Shown here one piece after another: positions 28,901 through 37,452 of a stretch of DNA of 64,000 nucleotides; position 1 is the first letter of the stretch; the number at the start of each line of letters is the position of its first letter. Source of the stretch: a bacterium. Its GTDB lineage: Bacteria > Desulfobacterota > JAPLJL01. The translations under genes and the position numbers were made by a program. The notes beneath the pieces were generated by a model that saw only the letters and a list, made by a program, of their open reading frames with translations, did no database searches and was not told the DNA's origin. The stretch lies in contig JAQTNV010000016.1 of NCBI GenBank assembly GCA_028713675.1, positions 54 through 64,053 of the forward strand, read 5' to 3'.

Positions 28901-30452
28901 TGGAAGCCAGATTGGAGAAAGTTACCGTCCCGACCGTTGCCGCCTGATAATTATAAATTGTCGACCCTGATATGCCTGAAGCCAAATTTAAAGTGCCTGG
29001 AACGGGTCCCGAAACCCAGTTTGCTAAACCGGTGTTGCCGGAACCCGGAGGAAACAACATGGTGCCCGGGGTGATCCCATTCTGCTGAACCGTCGAACGA
29101 TTGGTAATTAAAAAGTCGAGATTAATTCCACCGATGACCCCAAGTGATCCGGGGGCAGCGAAAATCTGCGGCTTCAGGCCTTTTCTCGGCCAGCCGGGAA
29201 GGCCCCCCTGCCGGGTCAGAGGGTTGGTCGTAAAATCCGATCCTCCCCAGGCTAAAGCATCTGCCATGGTATCGTTCTGGTCCGAGGCGGCGGCGGGAAT
29301 GGGATTCTCTCCGTTGGGCCGGCCGGTAATCTCGGCTTTAAAGATGAGCGAACCGCCGGGAGGAATGGCCTTGGCCGGGTCCGTGGTCCAATATTCGACG
29401 GGCGCGTTGTTCCCGACCACGTTGACATTCCAGCCCGGAGGAGCTGAGCTTCCCGAGCCCGACTCGTAAATGTTATTGCCGCCGCCGAAAAAGTTGGTCC
29501 GGATCGACATAATGGACCGACCGGGGCTTGAAGTGGTGTTCGTAACCAGGAAGTAAACAACCCCCGAACCGTCACCCATCGTCACTTCCGAGGAAACCGT
29601 GGTAATGGTGAATTGCGCTGAGCTGATAGCCACGGCATTGGAAGTAACCGCCGGAGAAGTAACCGTGCTGGCGCCGTTGCGCGCCGAGTCGGAAAAAGTC
29701 GTGGTTCCTTCGGCCGCAGCCTTGTAAGTGTACATAAAGTTGCCCGATGCCCCGGAGGCTAAATTCCGGCTCGTGGGTGTCGGCCCGGTGAGCAATGTCG
29801 CCGAGCCGGTTGGCGTCACGGTCATGGTATTAGGGACAATGTTATTCTGGGTACCAGTAGTGCGGTTGGTAACGGCGAAAGTCAGGGTAATCGTCCCGTC
29901 GATACCTACTGAACCTGGTGCAGCCGAAAGCTGGGCGGCAAGTCCGTTCCGGGTCCAGGCCGGTAGAACTCCCTGGCGGGCAAAGGCAGCGCCGGTATTA
30001 TCATAGGCTGCCGCCGCCGAAAGTGAATCAGTCACGTTTGCAGCGGCGCTGGGAATAACGGATGAACTGGGCCCGGTAAGGGTGATATTGAAAATTAAAT
30101 TCGCGCCCTTCGCTATTGGATTTGTGGTGGTCGTGCAATTAATAACGTTGGCGGCCGTGGTGCAACTCCACCCCGTCGGAGGAGTCTGGCTGGAACTGAC
30201 ATAATAGGTAGCGATGGGAAAGGTTAATTGAACCCGGTAAATCGATTGATTGCTGTTCCCAGTATTAGAATTGGCAATCTGGAGTGAAACCGTCCCGGAA
30301 GCATCACCCATAGTCACGCTGCTGGATGAGGTTGTGGGAGTAAAACGCATGGCCGCATGGACATTCCCGGAATAAAATAAAATCAGCAAACCAATAATGC
30401 AGGAGAAAACCTGGCTTGGGAAAAATAACTTTAAGGAAGAGATTTTCATCAT
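25926..30452 (-). CDS. 1508-aa secreted Ser/Thr/Gly-rich adhesin-like protein with Big_1/invasin-like and FN3 domains and internal repeats
   Basis: Signal peptide; two ~245-aa N-terminal repeats; ADGSS...PLSGQTVSF and DAYGN.V..G..IT Ig-like modules; two ~90-aa Cys-containing C-terminal repeats. Confidence 0.8.
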   Translation of the reverse strand: MMKISSLKLFFPSQVFSCIIGLLILFYSGNVHAAMRFTPTTSSSSVTMGDASGTVSLQIANSNTGNSNQSIYRVQLTFPIATYYVSSSQTPPTGWSCTTAANVINCTTTTNPIAKGANLIFNITLTGPSSSVIPSAAANVTDSLSAAAAYDNTGAAFARQGVLPAWTRNGLAAQLSAAPGSVGIDGTITLTFAVTNRTTGTQNNIVPNTMTVTPTGSATLLTGPTPTSRNLASGASGNFMYTYKAAAEGTTTFSDSARNGASTVTSPAVTSNAVAISSAQFTITTVSSEVTMGDGSGVVYFLVTNTTSSPGRSIMSIRTNFFGGGNNIYESGSGSSAPPGWNVNVVGNNAPVEYWTTDPAKAIPPGGSLIFKAEITGRPNGENPIPAAASDQNDTMADALAWGGSDFTTNPLTRQGGLPGWPRKGLKPQIFAAPGSLGVIGGINLDFLITNRSTVQQNGITPGTMLFPPGSGNTGLANWVSGPVPGTLNLASGISGSTIYNYQAATVGTVTFSNLASNGMVSSNQTSSNTIVIGNFTAELALDPVSIGSGYNVTVSMRVTNNGTISLGNIVPSALTFLGTASKTLQSGPSPESIASLPPGGSGTFTWIYQVNGVGGDTYQFQGDATANGPTTTNTAVSQSGQLVPYYLILNPDTVASGSVPPNWTLNLTVANNGSTPVDRMWFIVPTGFTVVSATGPGAPLGNWALTIQGNNLTFRAASAGGTGANLPVGGSATFSVVCSAVPARPENTEYVIQAVFRQGNNYLGTASDKVLVTLYEVSLSNIPAGPLPADGSSVYAVDALLTSGGTPLSGQTVSFTATSGTLSSGTAVTDGSGVARVTLTAPVSSVNTQSVVTASYLGATAAQVLYFTGYVGSNLLYIGSTLSPTSARAGDPVSFGLDVINMGGQGVSLATGSYFTFTDGTRTYTADLNSLVSIPAGATQHLIFNSQAVSGSFTLGSYFPTLYLTDGGTNNQTRSVSDAVQVLSNIPTGPITLTPVPATITANGSDTSTITSGIIHDAYGNQVLNGEYITVSTDLGTITTADADPATPGTQEVATSGGIITFVLRAGTLAGTAHLGANNSAYGGTASGSTTVALTPGPPAGTITLLPNPGAIPADGASTSTVTSDVIKDAYGNTVPDGTYITIATSWGIIISSDMDALTPGIQASTSGGMISFVVQSAIIDGIASISADDIAYGGSASGSTIISFYPSSPPKAISDLKANKSGTDLRLYWTAVTQTVDGDPTTINYYRVYRGETPNFVPDKVGFSNLIGTSPSAEYIDPWVIQDTNKNYYYLITSVNIWGLESMDSNMGFKLNRALTYYAGKTDNNWVTIPYFHNYTDAKSLCADIPNCASIGYSDPGGNCGVGGCYHSGTKVPFSPFWIGENFTIDPSQGYYVRITANSNMVLVGSHNQITMISKTFYSGKTNNNYFSLPFHHNYADAKTLCSSVPNCASVGYLDPGGNCGIGGCYHSGTKVPFTPFWIGENFALTPGMGYYVRITGNSTWQPTHY

Positions 30453-30814
30453 GCTTCTAATCGAACCCGGGTTTCGGCCATGACCCGGTAAATTTTTGAC
30501 AAAACGATGGCCTTCATACCTGCCGATATTTTAAATAAATCCTGATTTTTATCGGTGACCCTGGTCACCCGGTCGACTCGCCCGAAAACCCGCTCCTTTT
30601 CAACCGGCGGATCGAAATTCCGACAACGATCTCCCTTGGTTAGAAACATTCCATTCTTGGATCCATACAGGCGGTGGACAAACAGGCTGGAATTTCTCCA
30701 GAAAGCGATAACGTCACCCTTGCGTAATTCTTCGACCCCGCAGGCTCTGACCTCTACCTGGTCACCATGGTTAATGGTCGGAACCATGGATTTGCCTTTA
30801 ATTTCGATTTGCAT
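30449..30814 (-). CDS. S24/S26 family peptidase (signal-peptidase-like, no transmembrane anchor)
   Basis: GKSMVPTI (Ser), GDVIAF, FVHRL (His in the Lys position), LTKGD. The stop overlaps the ATG of the adhesin gene. Confidence 0.85.
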   Translation of the reverse strand: MQIEIKGKSMVPTINHGDQVEVRACGVEELRKGDVIAFWRNSSLFVHRLYGSKNGMFLTKGDRCRNFDPPVEKERVFGRVDRVTRVTDKNQDLFKISAGMKAIVLSKIYRVMAETRVRLEA

Positions 30815-31063
30815 TTTAAAATGGTCAAAATTTAGCTATTCAACATTGAGCACAAGCCAACCACTACCTTCCCTGGCGGAGCCGGGGCGCATATCCCTGC
30901 CCTTCCCTCAATTTTTTCCTCTAAAATAATCCTGGGTTTTTCATAAGGTTTCTTCTGAATATTTTTGACTTCTTTTTTGAGCTTTTTTTCAGACATATTT
31001 TCCCGCCTTTTCCTGTTGTGCCCGCGGTTAATTACATTTACTCAATTTTCCCGGTAAAAACTC

Positions 31064-31090
31064 GGCAAATGTTCAGGAACATTTGCCTAC
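31064..31090 (-). repeat. GTAG-type REP hairpin
   Basis: GGCAAATGTTC AG GAACATTTGCC followed by TAC; 11-bp perfect stem. Confidence 0.75.
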
Positions 31091-31180
31091 CAAGCCTTAA
31101 GTATATTGTATGGAGGTAATCTTATTAAGTCAATTATATATAGGCAACAATATTATATGGTTTCAGTGCCAGTGTTTTTG

Positions 31181-31545
31181 GTCTGTCTCGTCTGTCTAGT
31201 CTATCTAGTCTATCTGGTCTATGAATGGCATGGAGCATAAGGCATAAGGCATAGAGCAAAGAACAAAGAACATAGAGCAAAGCACAGTGAGCAAAGAGTC
31301 CATTGCGTCTATTGAGTTCATTGCATCCGTTGTGTCTGTTAATCGTTTCGTCTTTCTGGTCTGTTTGGTTTCTCTGGTTTCTCTGGTTTCTCTGGTTTCT
31401 CTCGTTTCTTTGGGTTTAACTCGAGACTAGAGATCCGAAACTCGAAACTTGTTTTCTTTGGCTTAACTCTAAACAAGAGACTGGAGACTAGAGATGACCT
31501 TTTACTATTCCGCAATCCACAATCTGCATTCCGCAATTATCAGTT
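31181..31545. repeat. Block of 7- and 9-bp arrays
   Basis: gtctatcta 9-mers, ggcataa/gagcaaa heptamers, tttctctgg 9-mers, aactcgagactagagatccgaaactcgaaact, tccgcaatccacaatctgcattccgcaa. Confidence 0.85.
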
Positions 31546-31554
31546 GATATTTTG

Positions 31555-31672
31555 TGGTTTATTCTGACCTACCGGGTCGATCCTGACCCCCTTTTTCAAA
31601 TCCCGGTTATTTCCATTCCTCGTCGGCAAACCATAAATACCTTCCCCGTAAAACCTTGGCACGGACCTTGCA
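31555..31672 (+). promoter_or_regulatory. Sigma-54 promoter with tandem enhancer sites
   Basis: TGGCACGGACCTTGCA at 31657-31672; GGGTC-GATCCT-GACCC at 31574-31589 and TGGTT-TATTCT-GACCT at 31555-31570. Confidence 0.8.
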
Positions 31673-31739
31673 ACTTAAAGATGACATGGGTGAAAAAATT
31701 CAGTTCAACCTGAACCAAAAAGGAAGAAGGAGAAATTTA

Positions 31740-32714
31740 ATGAACTCACTAAAAAACCAAAAAATGGGGAAGAATATCAGGCCTCTAATAATCGCTTTTG
31801 TTCTTCTGTTGGTTTCCCTTTATTCGGGACCGGTTCTTGCCGCCCCCCAAGGCGAATCCTGGCCTGCCGTTGGGAGCTTGCTTTCTGTAACCCCGTGTTC
31901 CGAATGCACTTACACAACCTGGAAAACAAGCAATACGGACAGAACCTTTATTAGTTCCACCCTTGACCCATCAAACTGGTGGTATTCCGATCTGGGAAAT
32001 ATTACCAATTGGAGTTGGGGGGACACCTTCATCACCAAGCTGGATTTCCTGTCGGAAAGTTCCGATGCCAACCACGCAGGATTCTATGCGGTAACGAGCA
32101 AGATTATTCAAGACGATGGAGGATATACTGTTTTCCCGGAGTCTACCCTTCGCCCCATCCCGATCCCTCAGGTTGTTGACACTAGAGAATCCGGAGAGGT
32201 TGATCTGTCCTGGTCCGCAGGGCAATCGGCGGGGGATGCAGATCTTATTACCGGATACCTGCTTTATTCATTTAAAACCACCGACGAAAATTATCAGCCC
32301 ACCGATAACGACACCTGGAATCAGGTCGATGAATTGATTACCGAAACCAGCCGTACCCTTACCGGTCTAGATTCTGAAAACACCTACTATTTCGCGCTTC
32401 GAATCGTTTATCCGGACGGTTTTTCCACCACCCATATTTCCGGGAATTCGGCGGCGGTGAGAGTAAATCCTCCCGCCCCTCTTATCCCCGATGTACCGGA
32501 GCTCAGTCTGTTTATTGAACCGATTAATGATCCCCCGGCGGATGAACCGTCCGCGAACGATCCTCAGCCATCCGATCCCTCGGTTGAAAGCCAGATAAAT
32601 CCGGATCTGGGCGGCGGAACTTTCCCCGGCCTGGGCGGCTGCGGCGCCGATGGCCACCTGGGGTTCGGGTTTCTTCCCCTCTTCGGAATATTCTTCCTGA
32701 AAAGAAAGAATTAA
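31740..32714 (+). CDS. Exported protein with an FN3-like domain, Pro/Asp linker and GC-CTERM-like sorting signal
   Basis: Start at 31740 behind GGAG and downstream of the sigma-54 promoter; signal peptide; C-terminus GLGGCGADGHLGFGFLPLFGIFFLKRKN. Confidence 0.8.
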   Translation: MNSLKNQKMGKNIRPLIIAFVLLLVSLYSGPVLAAPQGESWPAVGSLLSVTPCSECTYTTWKTSNTDRTFISSTLDPSNWWYSDLGNITNWSWGDTFITKLDFLSESSDANHAGFYAVTSKIIQDDGGYTVFPESTLRPIPIPQVVDTRESGEVDLSWSAGQSAGDADLITGYLLYSFKTTDENYQPTDNDTWNQVDELITETSRTLTGLDSENTYYFALRIVYPDGFSTTHISGNSAAVRVNPPAPLIPDVPELSLFIEPINDPPADEPSANDPQPSDPSVESQINPDLGGGTFPGLGGCGADGHLGFGFLPLFGIFFLKRKN

Positions 32715-32724
32715 GGAGGAAACC

Positions 32725-33255
32725 ATGTCAAAGAAAGATAAAATCTGCAAAATCTGTCTGATCTCATTCCTTACCCTGCTCGGGGTTGGCGGGATGACCA
32801 GCTTCGCCCTTTCGGAGGAGCCGGTCGCCATCCCGGCAACCGATCAGTCGCCGGAAAACATCAAAGCCGGCCCCGAGGGTTACCAGGCTCTGAACGAAAT
32901 CGGAGTTTATCTCGACCTTTTAAACAAAGTTGAGAACGAAAATCTTGCTCCGCTTGAGCAAACCGGTTCGGATCAGGAATCCCTGGACGTCAAATCATCC
33001 GAGTATCGTGGAGACGCCACCCTGGCCATCCTTAATGAACTCGCCTTCTATCTCGGATCGATAAAACGGATGGAAACCGCCGTCACGGGAGACACCAAAA
33101 GCTCGGGGGTAAAACCCGCGGCCGAACCGGAAAATACAACTCCAGAGGTTATCGAGATTTCCCGCGATCAGAATGGCGAACTGAATTATCTCAAGGTGGT
33201 CTGGGACAACCGGGACAACGAATCCGGCAATGAAAAAGATTCCTTTAATCAATAG
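32725..33255 (+). CDS. Hypothetical exported protein
   Basis: AGGAGG RBS, signal peptide, internal repeated ALNEIGVYL / ILNELAFYL helix. Confidence 0.7.
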   Translation: MSKKDKICKICLISFLTLLGVGGMTSFALSEEPVAIPATDQSPENIKAGPEGYQALNEIGVYLDLLNKVENENLAPLEQTGSDQESLDVKSSEYRGDATLAILNELAFYLGSIKRMETAVTGDTKSSGVKPAAEPENTTPEVIEISRDQNGELNYLKVVWDNRDNESGNEKDSFNQ

Positions 33256-33297
33256 GCGACCAAAACAAATCGAGCAGAAAATACAGGAGGGATAACC

Positions 33298-33930
33298 ATG
33301 AACCAGAATCTGCTAAATGTAATAATCGTAGATGATGACGAGCTGGTCGTAAAATCCCTCCAGCGTGTCCTCCAGAGTGAAAGCTATTACCTCTGGGCAA
33401 CCACTTCGGCGAAAAAAGCTCTTTCCTTGCTTGCTTCGCAGGAAACGGCAGTGATCGTTTCCGATCACCGCATGTCTGAAATGACCGGCATTGAACTTCT
33501 GGAGAAGGCGAAAAATATTTCCCCGGCCACCGTCCGAATCCTTTTGACCGGGTATGCCGACGTGGAGGTCGCCCAGGAATCGGTCAACCGCTGCGGGGTC
33601 TACAAATTATTGTTCAAACCGTGGAACGATCAGGAATTGAAAGGAACGATAATTTCCGCGATCGGTTTATTCAAACATTTAAAAGAAAAAAACCGGTTGG
33701 TCAACGAGTCTCAGTTACTGAACAAACGAAACCAGGAACTGACGGAATTAAATGTGTTTCTCCAGGATTCCGTGGATAAGGGAAAATTGCAGATTCAAAA
33801 GCTGACGGCGGAAAAACCGAGACCGGAAAATACCATGAATTTGAGGGCAACCCTGCCGCGGCCGGAAAGCATGCGCCATCAACCCGGTCCAAATTCCCAC
33901 GTTGACGATCGTCTTCTTTACTTGGGATAA
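33298..33930 (+). CDS. Response regulator (REC plus coiled coil)
   Basis: IIVDDDE, IVSDHRMSEMTG, LLTGYAD, KPW. Confidence 0.9.
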   Translation: MNQNLLNVIIVDDDELVVKSLQRVLQSESYYLWATTSAKKALSLLASQETAVIVSDHRMSEMTGIELLEKAKNISPATVRILLTGYADVEVAQESVNRCGVYKLLFKPWNDQELKGTIISAIGLFKHLKEKNRLVNESQLLNKRNQELTELNVFLQDSVDKGKLQIQKLTAEKPRPENTMNLRATLPRPESMRHQPGPNSHVDDRLLYLG

Positions 33931-34400
33931 AAAGAGCACAGCGCAAAAGGCATCCTCCTACGCAAAGAAGCTTCGGAGGACAGATCGAGCAAAGCACATG
34001 GGCAGTAGCTTTACCATTGACGATTGCAAATTGACGATCTCATAAAACACATTGACGATTTACGATTGACGATTGTAGATTAAGGGAAAGAATCATCTGA
34101 ATCATCTGAATCATCTGAATCATCTGAATCATCTGAATCATCTGCTATTCTTTATTCATAATTCATCGTTGTTATTATTCTTGGTTTTAATCCGTCAATC
34201 TACAATCTGCAATCGTCATTTCTTCTTTGGTTTTCACTCGTCAATCGTCAAGTTTTGCAAGGCTTCCCTCGGCCACAATGCCTCGGGATCTAATCGAAAA
34301 GACTTGCCAGACATTCCGTTTCTCTTGCTTTTCATTCGTCAATCCTTCGACTTCGCTCAGGACAGGTCGTAAATCGTCAATCGTCAATTCTTTTTCATTC
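33931..34400. repeat. Large intergenic repeat block with nested micro-elements
   Basis: TTGACGA arrays and inverted TCGTCAA arrays; AATCATCTG x6 at 34091-34144; inserts at 33954-33983 and 34345-34366; composite REP at 34257-34312. Confidence 0.9.
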
Positions 34401-35495
34401 TTTCATTTTTTCATAAATCTTCCGGAACTCATCTTTAATCTTACGGAAAGCAACTATCACCTGGGGATCAAAATGTTTGCCGGAACCATCCAACACCTGG
34501 GCGCAAGCCTGCTCGTGGTCCAGGGCCGACCGATAAGCCCGTCGCGAGCAGAGCGCGTCGTAAACATCCGCCACCGCCACGATCCGGGCAGGGAAAGGAA
34601 TTTTATTTCCCGAGAGCCCCTGGGGGTAGCCGGTGCCGTCCCATTTTTCATGATGCGAAAGCGCGATCTCCATTCCCATATTTAAAAACATGTTCCCCGG
34701 GTGCTTATCCATCACCGCTTTCAACGTGCCGGCCCCCAGGGTGGTGTGGACCTTCATTTCCTCGAACTCCTCCGGGGTCAACGGACCGGGGTTCAGAAGC
34801 ACTTGGTCGCGCACCCCCACTTTTCCGATATCATGCATGGCGCTGGCCTGGGAAATATATTCGGCGTACTCGGAATCCGCCCCGCCGTGGGAAAGGGAAG
34901 TCGCGCCTAAATGAGCCGCCAGAAGCCAGCTCAGCGCCGCCACTCTTTCGATGTGCCTGCCGGTGACGGGGTCGCGCGAATCGGCCAACTTGGCCAAGGC
35001 GAAAATGGTCGCCATCTGAGCATCGGTTATTTTCCGTACTTGCTCCCGGACCAGATCCTGAAGATGGTGGTTCTTGTATTCGAGTTCAACCTGAAGCTGC
35101 CGAATTTTAAGATGGGTTTCCACCCGCGCCCGGACTTCCTCAAGCTGAAACGGCTTGATGATGTAATCAACTCCCCCGGCCCGGAAACCCTCCACCTTGT
35201 CTTCAATCCCCCCCATTCCGCTCAGAAACAACACCGGAATATCTTTAAGCCGCTCGTCTTTTTTCATCTCCCGGCAAACCTCGTAACCGTTCATCCCGGG
35301 CATTTTGATATCGAGAATAACTAGGTCGGGGGGATCGCTCCGGGCCGATTCCAGAGCCAGCTCCCCTTCCGATATGGGGCGAACCCGGTGTCCCTGGGTT
35401 CTAAGTATCCGGGTGAGAACCTTCAGATTATCCAATTCATCATCAACAACAATGACGCTCCGGCCTAACGGTTTTGCTTCGGCAATTGTGTCCAT
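34395..35495 (-). CDS. REC + HD-GYP (RpfG-like) c-di-GMP phosphodiesterase
   Basis: VVDDE, ILDIKMP, HIERV, MHDIGK, HHEKWDGTGYP, VADVYDAL. Start MDTI behind AGGAGG. Confidence 0.93.
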   Translation of the reverse strand: MDTIAEAKPLGRSVIVVDDELDNLKVLTRILRTQGHRVRPISEGELALESARSDPPDLVILDIKMPGMNGYEVCREMKKDERLKDIPVLFLSGMGGIEDKVEGFRAGGVDYIIKPFQLEEVRARVETHLKIRQLQVELEYKNHHLQDLVREQVRKITDAQMATIFALAKLADSRDPVTGRHIERVAALSWLLAAHLGATSLSHGGADSEYAEYISQASAMHDIGKVGVRDQVLLNPGPLTPEEFEEMKVHTTLGAGTLKAVMDKHPGNMFLNMGMEIALSHHEKWDGTGYPQGLSGNKIPFPARIVAVADVYDALCSRRAYRSALDHEQACAQVLDGSGKHFDPQVIVAFRKIKDEFRKIYEKMKE

Positions 35496-35524
35496 CGTGT
35501 CCCTCCTAATCGCAAATTGCACAG

Positions 35525-35645
35525 AGTCCGTAGTATCCGTAGTGTCTGTTGTGTCTCTGGTCTCTGGTCATTGTTAGCAAAGGGCCTAGAGCATAGGGCA
35601 TAGGGTTTAACCCAAAACTAGAAACTAGAGACTCGAAACTCGGAA
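35525..35645. repeat. 9-mer and heptamer arrays with GGGTTTAACCC junction
   Basis: tccgtagtatccgtagtg; gggcctagagcatagggcatagggtttaacccaaaactagaaactagagactcgaaact. Confidence 0.85.
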
Positions 35646-35649
35646 CGTT

Positions 35650-37251
35650 TTATATTAACGATGCCGGATCGATCACGAACGCCGGTTGTCCACTGGCCAG
35701 GGTAATCACGCCGATCACCCCCGGCAATCGATTCAGGGGCGGGCCCAGCGGCCGGACCACGGCTTCCATAAAATTCCCGATCTGATTTATTCCCAGGGCT
35801 ATCATTTTCTCATCCCGGCCTTCCGTAACCAGCGCCGCCCTGAATCCATTCTCTTTTTCGCTCCACCCCAATACCTTCGCCAACGGGAAAACCGGAATCC
35901 AGGAGTCGCCGGGTTCGATCGCGCCTTCAAATTGGACCGCCTTCATGATTCTATTTACCGGAATGGCGCAAATCTCGTTCTCCAGCTTTACCGTAAGCAG
36001 TTTCAGGATCGCCGCCGAAACCGGGAGCTTGATCTCAAACCGGCTCCCCTTTCCCGGGATGGAACCGATATTCAGGCTTCCTCCCATTCTTTTAACGGTC
36101 TGGTAAACCAGGTCCATCCCCACTCCCCGGCCCGAAACCCCGGTCACCTTTTCCGCGGTGCTGAAGCCGGGAGAGGTAATTAGAAACAAGGCCTCGGCGT
36201 CCGAAAGACCGGCGGCCTTTTCCGCCGTCAGGAAACCTTTTTCCACCGCCCTTTCTTTCAGCCGGGCCGGATCCATTCCTTTCCCGTCATCTTCAATCCG
36301 GATGATGACCCAGTCCCGCTTGCGCTCCGCGGAGACCTGCAGTTTACCCGCCGGAGGTTTGCCCCGGGCGGTCCGGTCTTCCGCCGTTTCGATTCCATGA
36401 TCCACCGCGTTCCGGATGATATGGAAAAGAGGGTCCTGGATCGCCTCGACCAGGGACCGGTCCAGCTCCACGTCCTCTCCCCGGCAGGAAACCTCCACTT
36501 TTATCCCTTTCCCGCGGGAAAGATCCCGAACCAGGCCGGGAACCCGGGAAAGAACCAGGTCCAGAGGCAGGAGACGCAGGTTAAGAACCCCCTGGTATAA
36601 GCCGGACATGACCCGGTTGAATTTCCGAAATTCCGGCTCGTTTTCCTCGATCAAGCCATTTTCGCCCGTCCCGGCATGGAAACCGCCGCCTTCCTTTTTT
36701 ATGGCCCGGAGGCTTTCTTCCCACTTGTTTTTAATCAGAATGATTTCGCTCAAGGAACCGAGGACATAATCCAGGAAGGCCGGATCGATCCGGACCTGGG
36801 GGGTAAGCATGGCCGACGATTCCTGATAATCCTCGAAATTAACCCCGGTGCCCTCCGGACTTTTTATCGGGGTGGGAGACTCACCGATAATTTTTCTCTT
36901 GATTAATTGTTCCAACCCGGAGAGAGACTGGTAGAGAAAATCGACGATTTTGGACATCTTCCCCAAAATCTCGCCCGCGGCGCCGGCCGCAGCGGTCTTT
37001 TCGCCCTTTTGCAGCTCCGCCCGCAGGCTTTCCAGGCGGTCCTCCATCCGATGGGCCAGCTCGGCGACGTCGGAAAAACCCATCGTCCCGGACATCCCCT
37101 TTATAGAATGCGCGACGCGAAAAAGCCGGTGGATAATCTCGATATTACCCGGTTCTTTTTCCAGCTCGGGGACGAGCTTCCTCATCACCTCGAGCTTGAT
37201 CTCGGCTTCACTGAAAAAAAGCGTTCGAAATTTATTGAGATCGAGTTCCAT
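35650..37251 (-). CDS. cheA: Chemotaxis histidine kinase CheA
   Basis: Hpt LFRVAHSIKG; DPLFHIIRNAVDHGIE; EDDGKG; SGRGVGMD; C-terminal CheW-like domain. Confidence 0.93.
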   Translation of the reverse strand: MELDLNKFRTLFFSEAEIKLEVMRKLVPELEKEPGNIEIIHRLFRVAHSIKGMSGTMGFSDVAELAHRMEDRLESLRAELQKGEKTAAAGAAGEILGKMSKIVDFLYQSLSGLEQLIKRKIIGESPTPIKSPEGTGVNFEDYQESSAMLTPQVRIDPAFLDYVLGSLSEIILIKNKWEESLRAIKKEGGGFHAGTGENGLIEENEPEFRKFNRVMSGLYQGVLNLRLLPLDLVLSRVPGLVRDLSRGKGIKVEVSCRGEDVELDRSLVEAIQDPLFHIIRNAVDHGIETAEDRTARGKPPAGKLQVSAERKRDWVIIRIEDDGKGMDPARLKERAVEKGFLTAEKAAGLSDAEALFLITSPGFSTAEKVTGVSGRGVGMDLVYQTVKRMGGSLNIGSIPGKGSRFEIKLPVSAAILKLLTVKLENEICAIPVNRIMKAVQFEGAIEPGDSWIPVFPLAKVLGWSEKENGFRAALVTEGRDEKMIALGINQIGNFMEAVVRPLGPPLNRLPGVIGVITLASGQPAFVIDPASLI

Positions 37252-37326
37252 TCTTATCTCTGGTCTCTGGTCATTGTTAGCAAAGGGCAAAGGGCAGAGA
37301 GCATAGGGTTTAATTCGAAACCTTTT

Positions 37327-37452
37327 TGTCTCTTGTCTCTTGTCTCTTGTCTCTTGTCTCTTGTCTCTTGTCTCTTGTCTCTTGTCTCTTGTCTCTGGTC
37401 TCTGGTCTCTGGTCTCTGGTTAACTCGAAACTCGAAACCCGAAACCCGAAAC
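37327..37452. repeat. TGTCTCT x10 + GGTCTCT x3, followed by an AAACTCG array
   Basis: Direct count at 37327-37417, then taactcgaaactcgaaacccgaaacccgaaact overlapping the cheW 3' end. Confidence 0.92.

Noticed and set aside
31156-31171. Sigma-54 promoter for the S26-adhesin-C25 operon (minus-strand TGGCAC)
   Set aside because: No TTGC/GC at the -12 position (TGGCACTGAAACCATA).
31616-31660. c-di-GMP-I riboswitch (GGCAAACC)
   Set aside because: Lacks the GAAA tetraloop stem and the GACGCAAAGC element.
31181-37452. Tandem arrays as CRISPR arrays
   Set aside because: Units are 6-9 bp and contiguous, with no unique 25-45 bp spacers and no cas genes.
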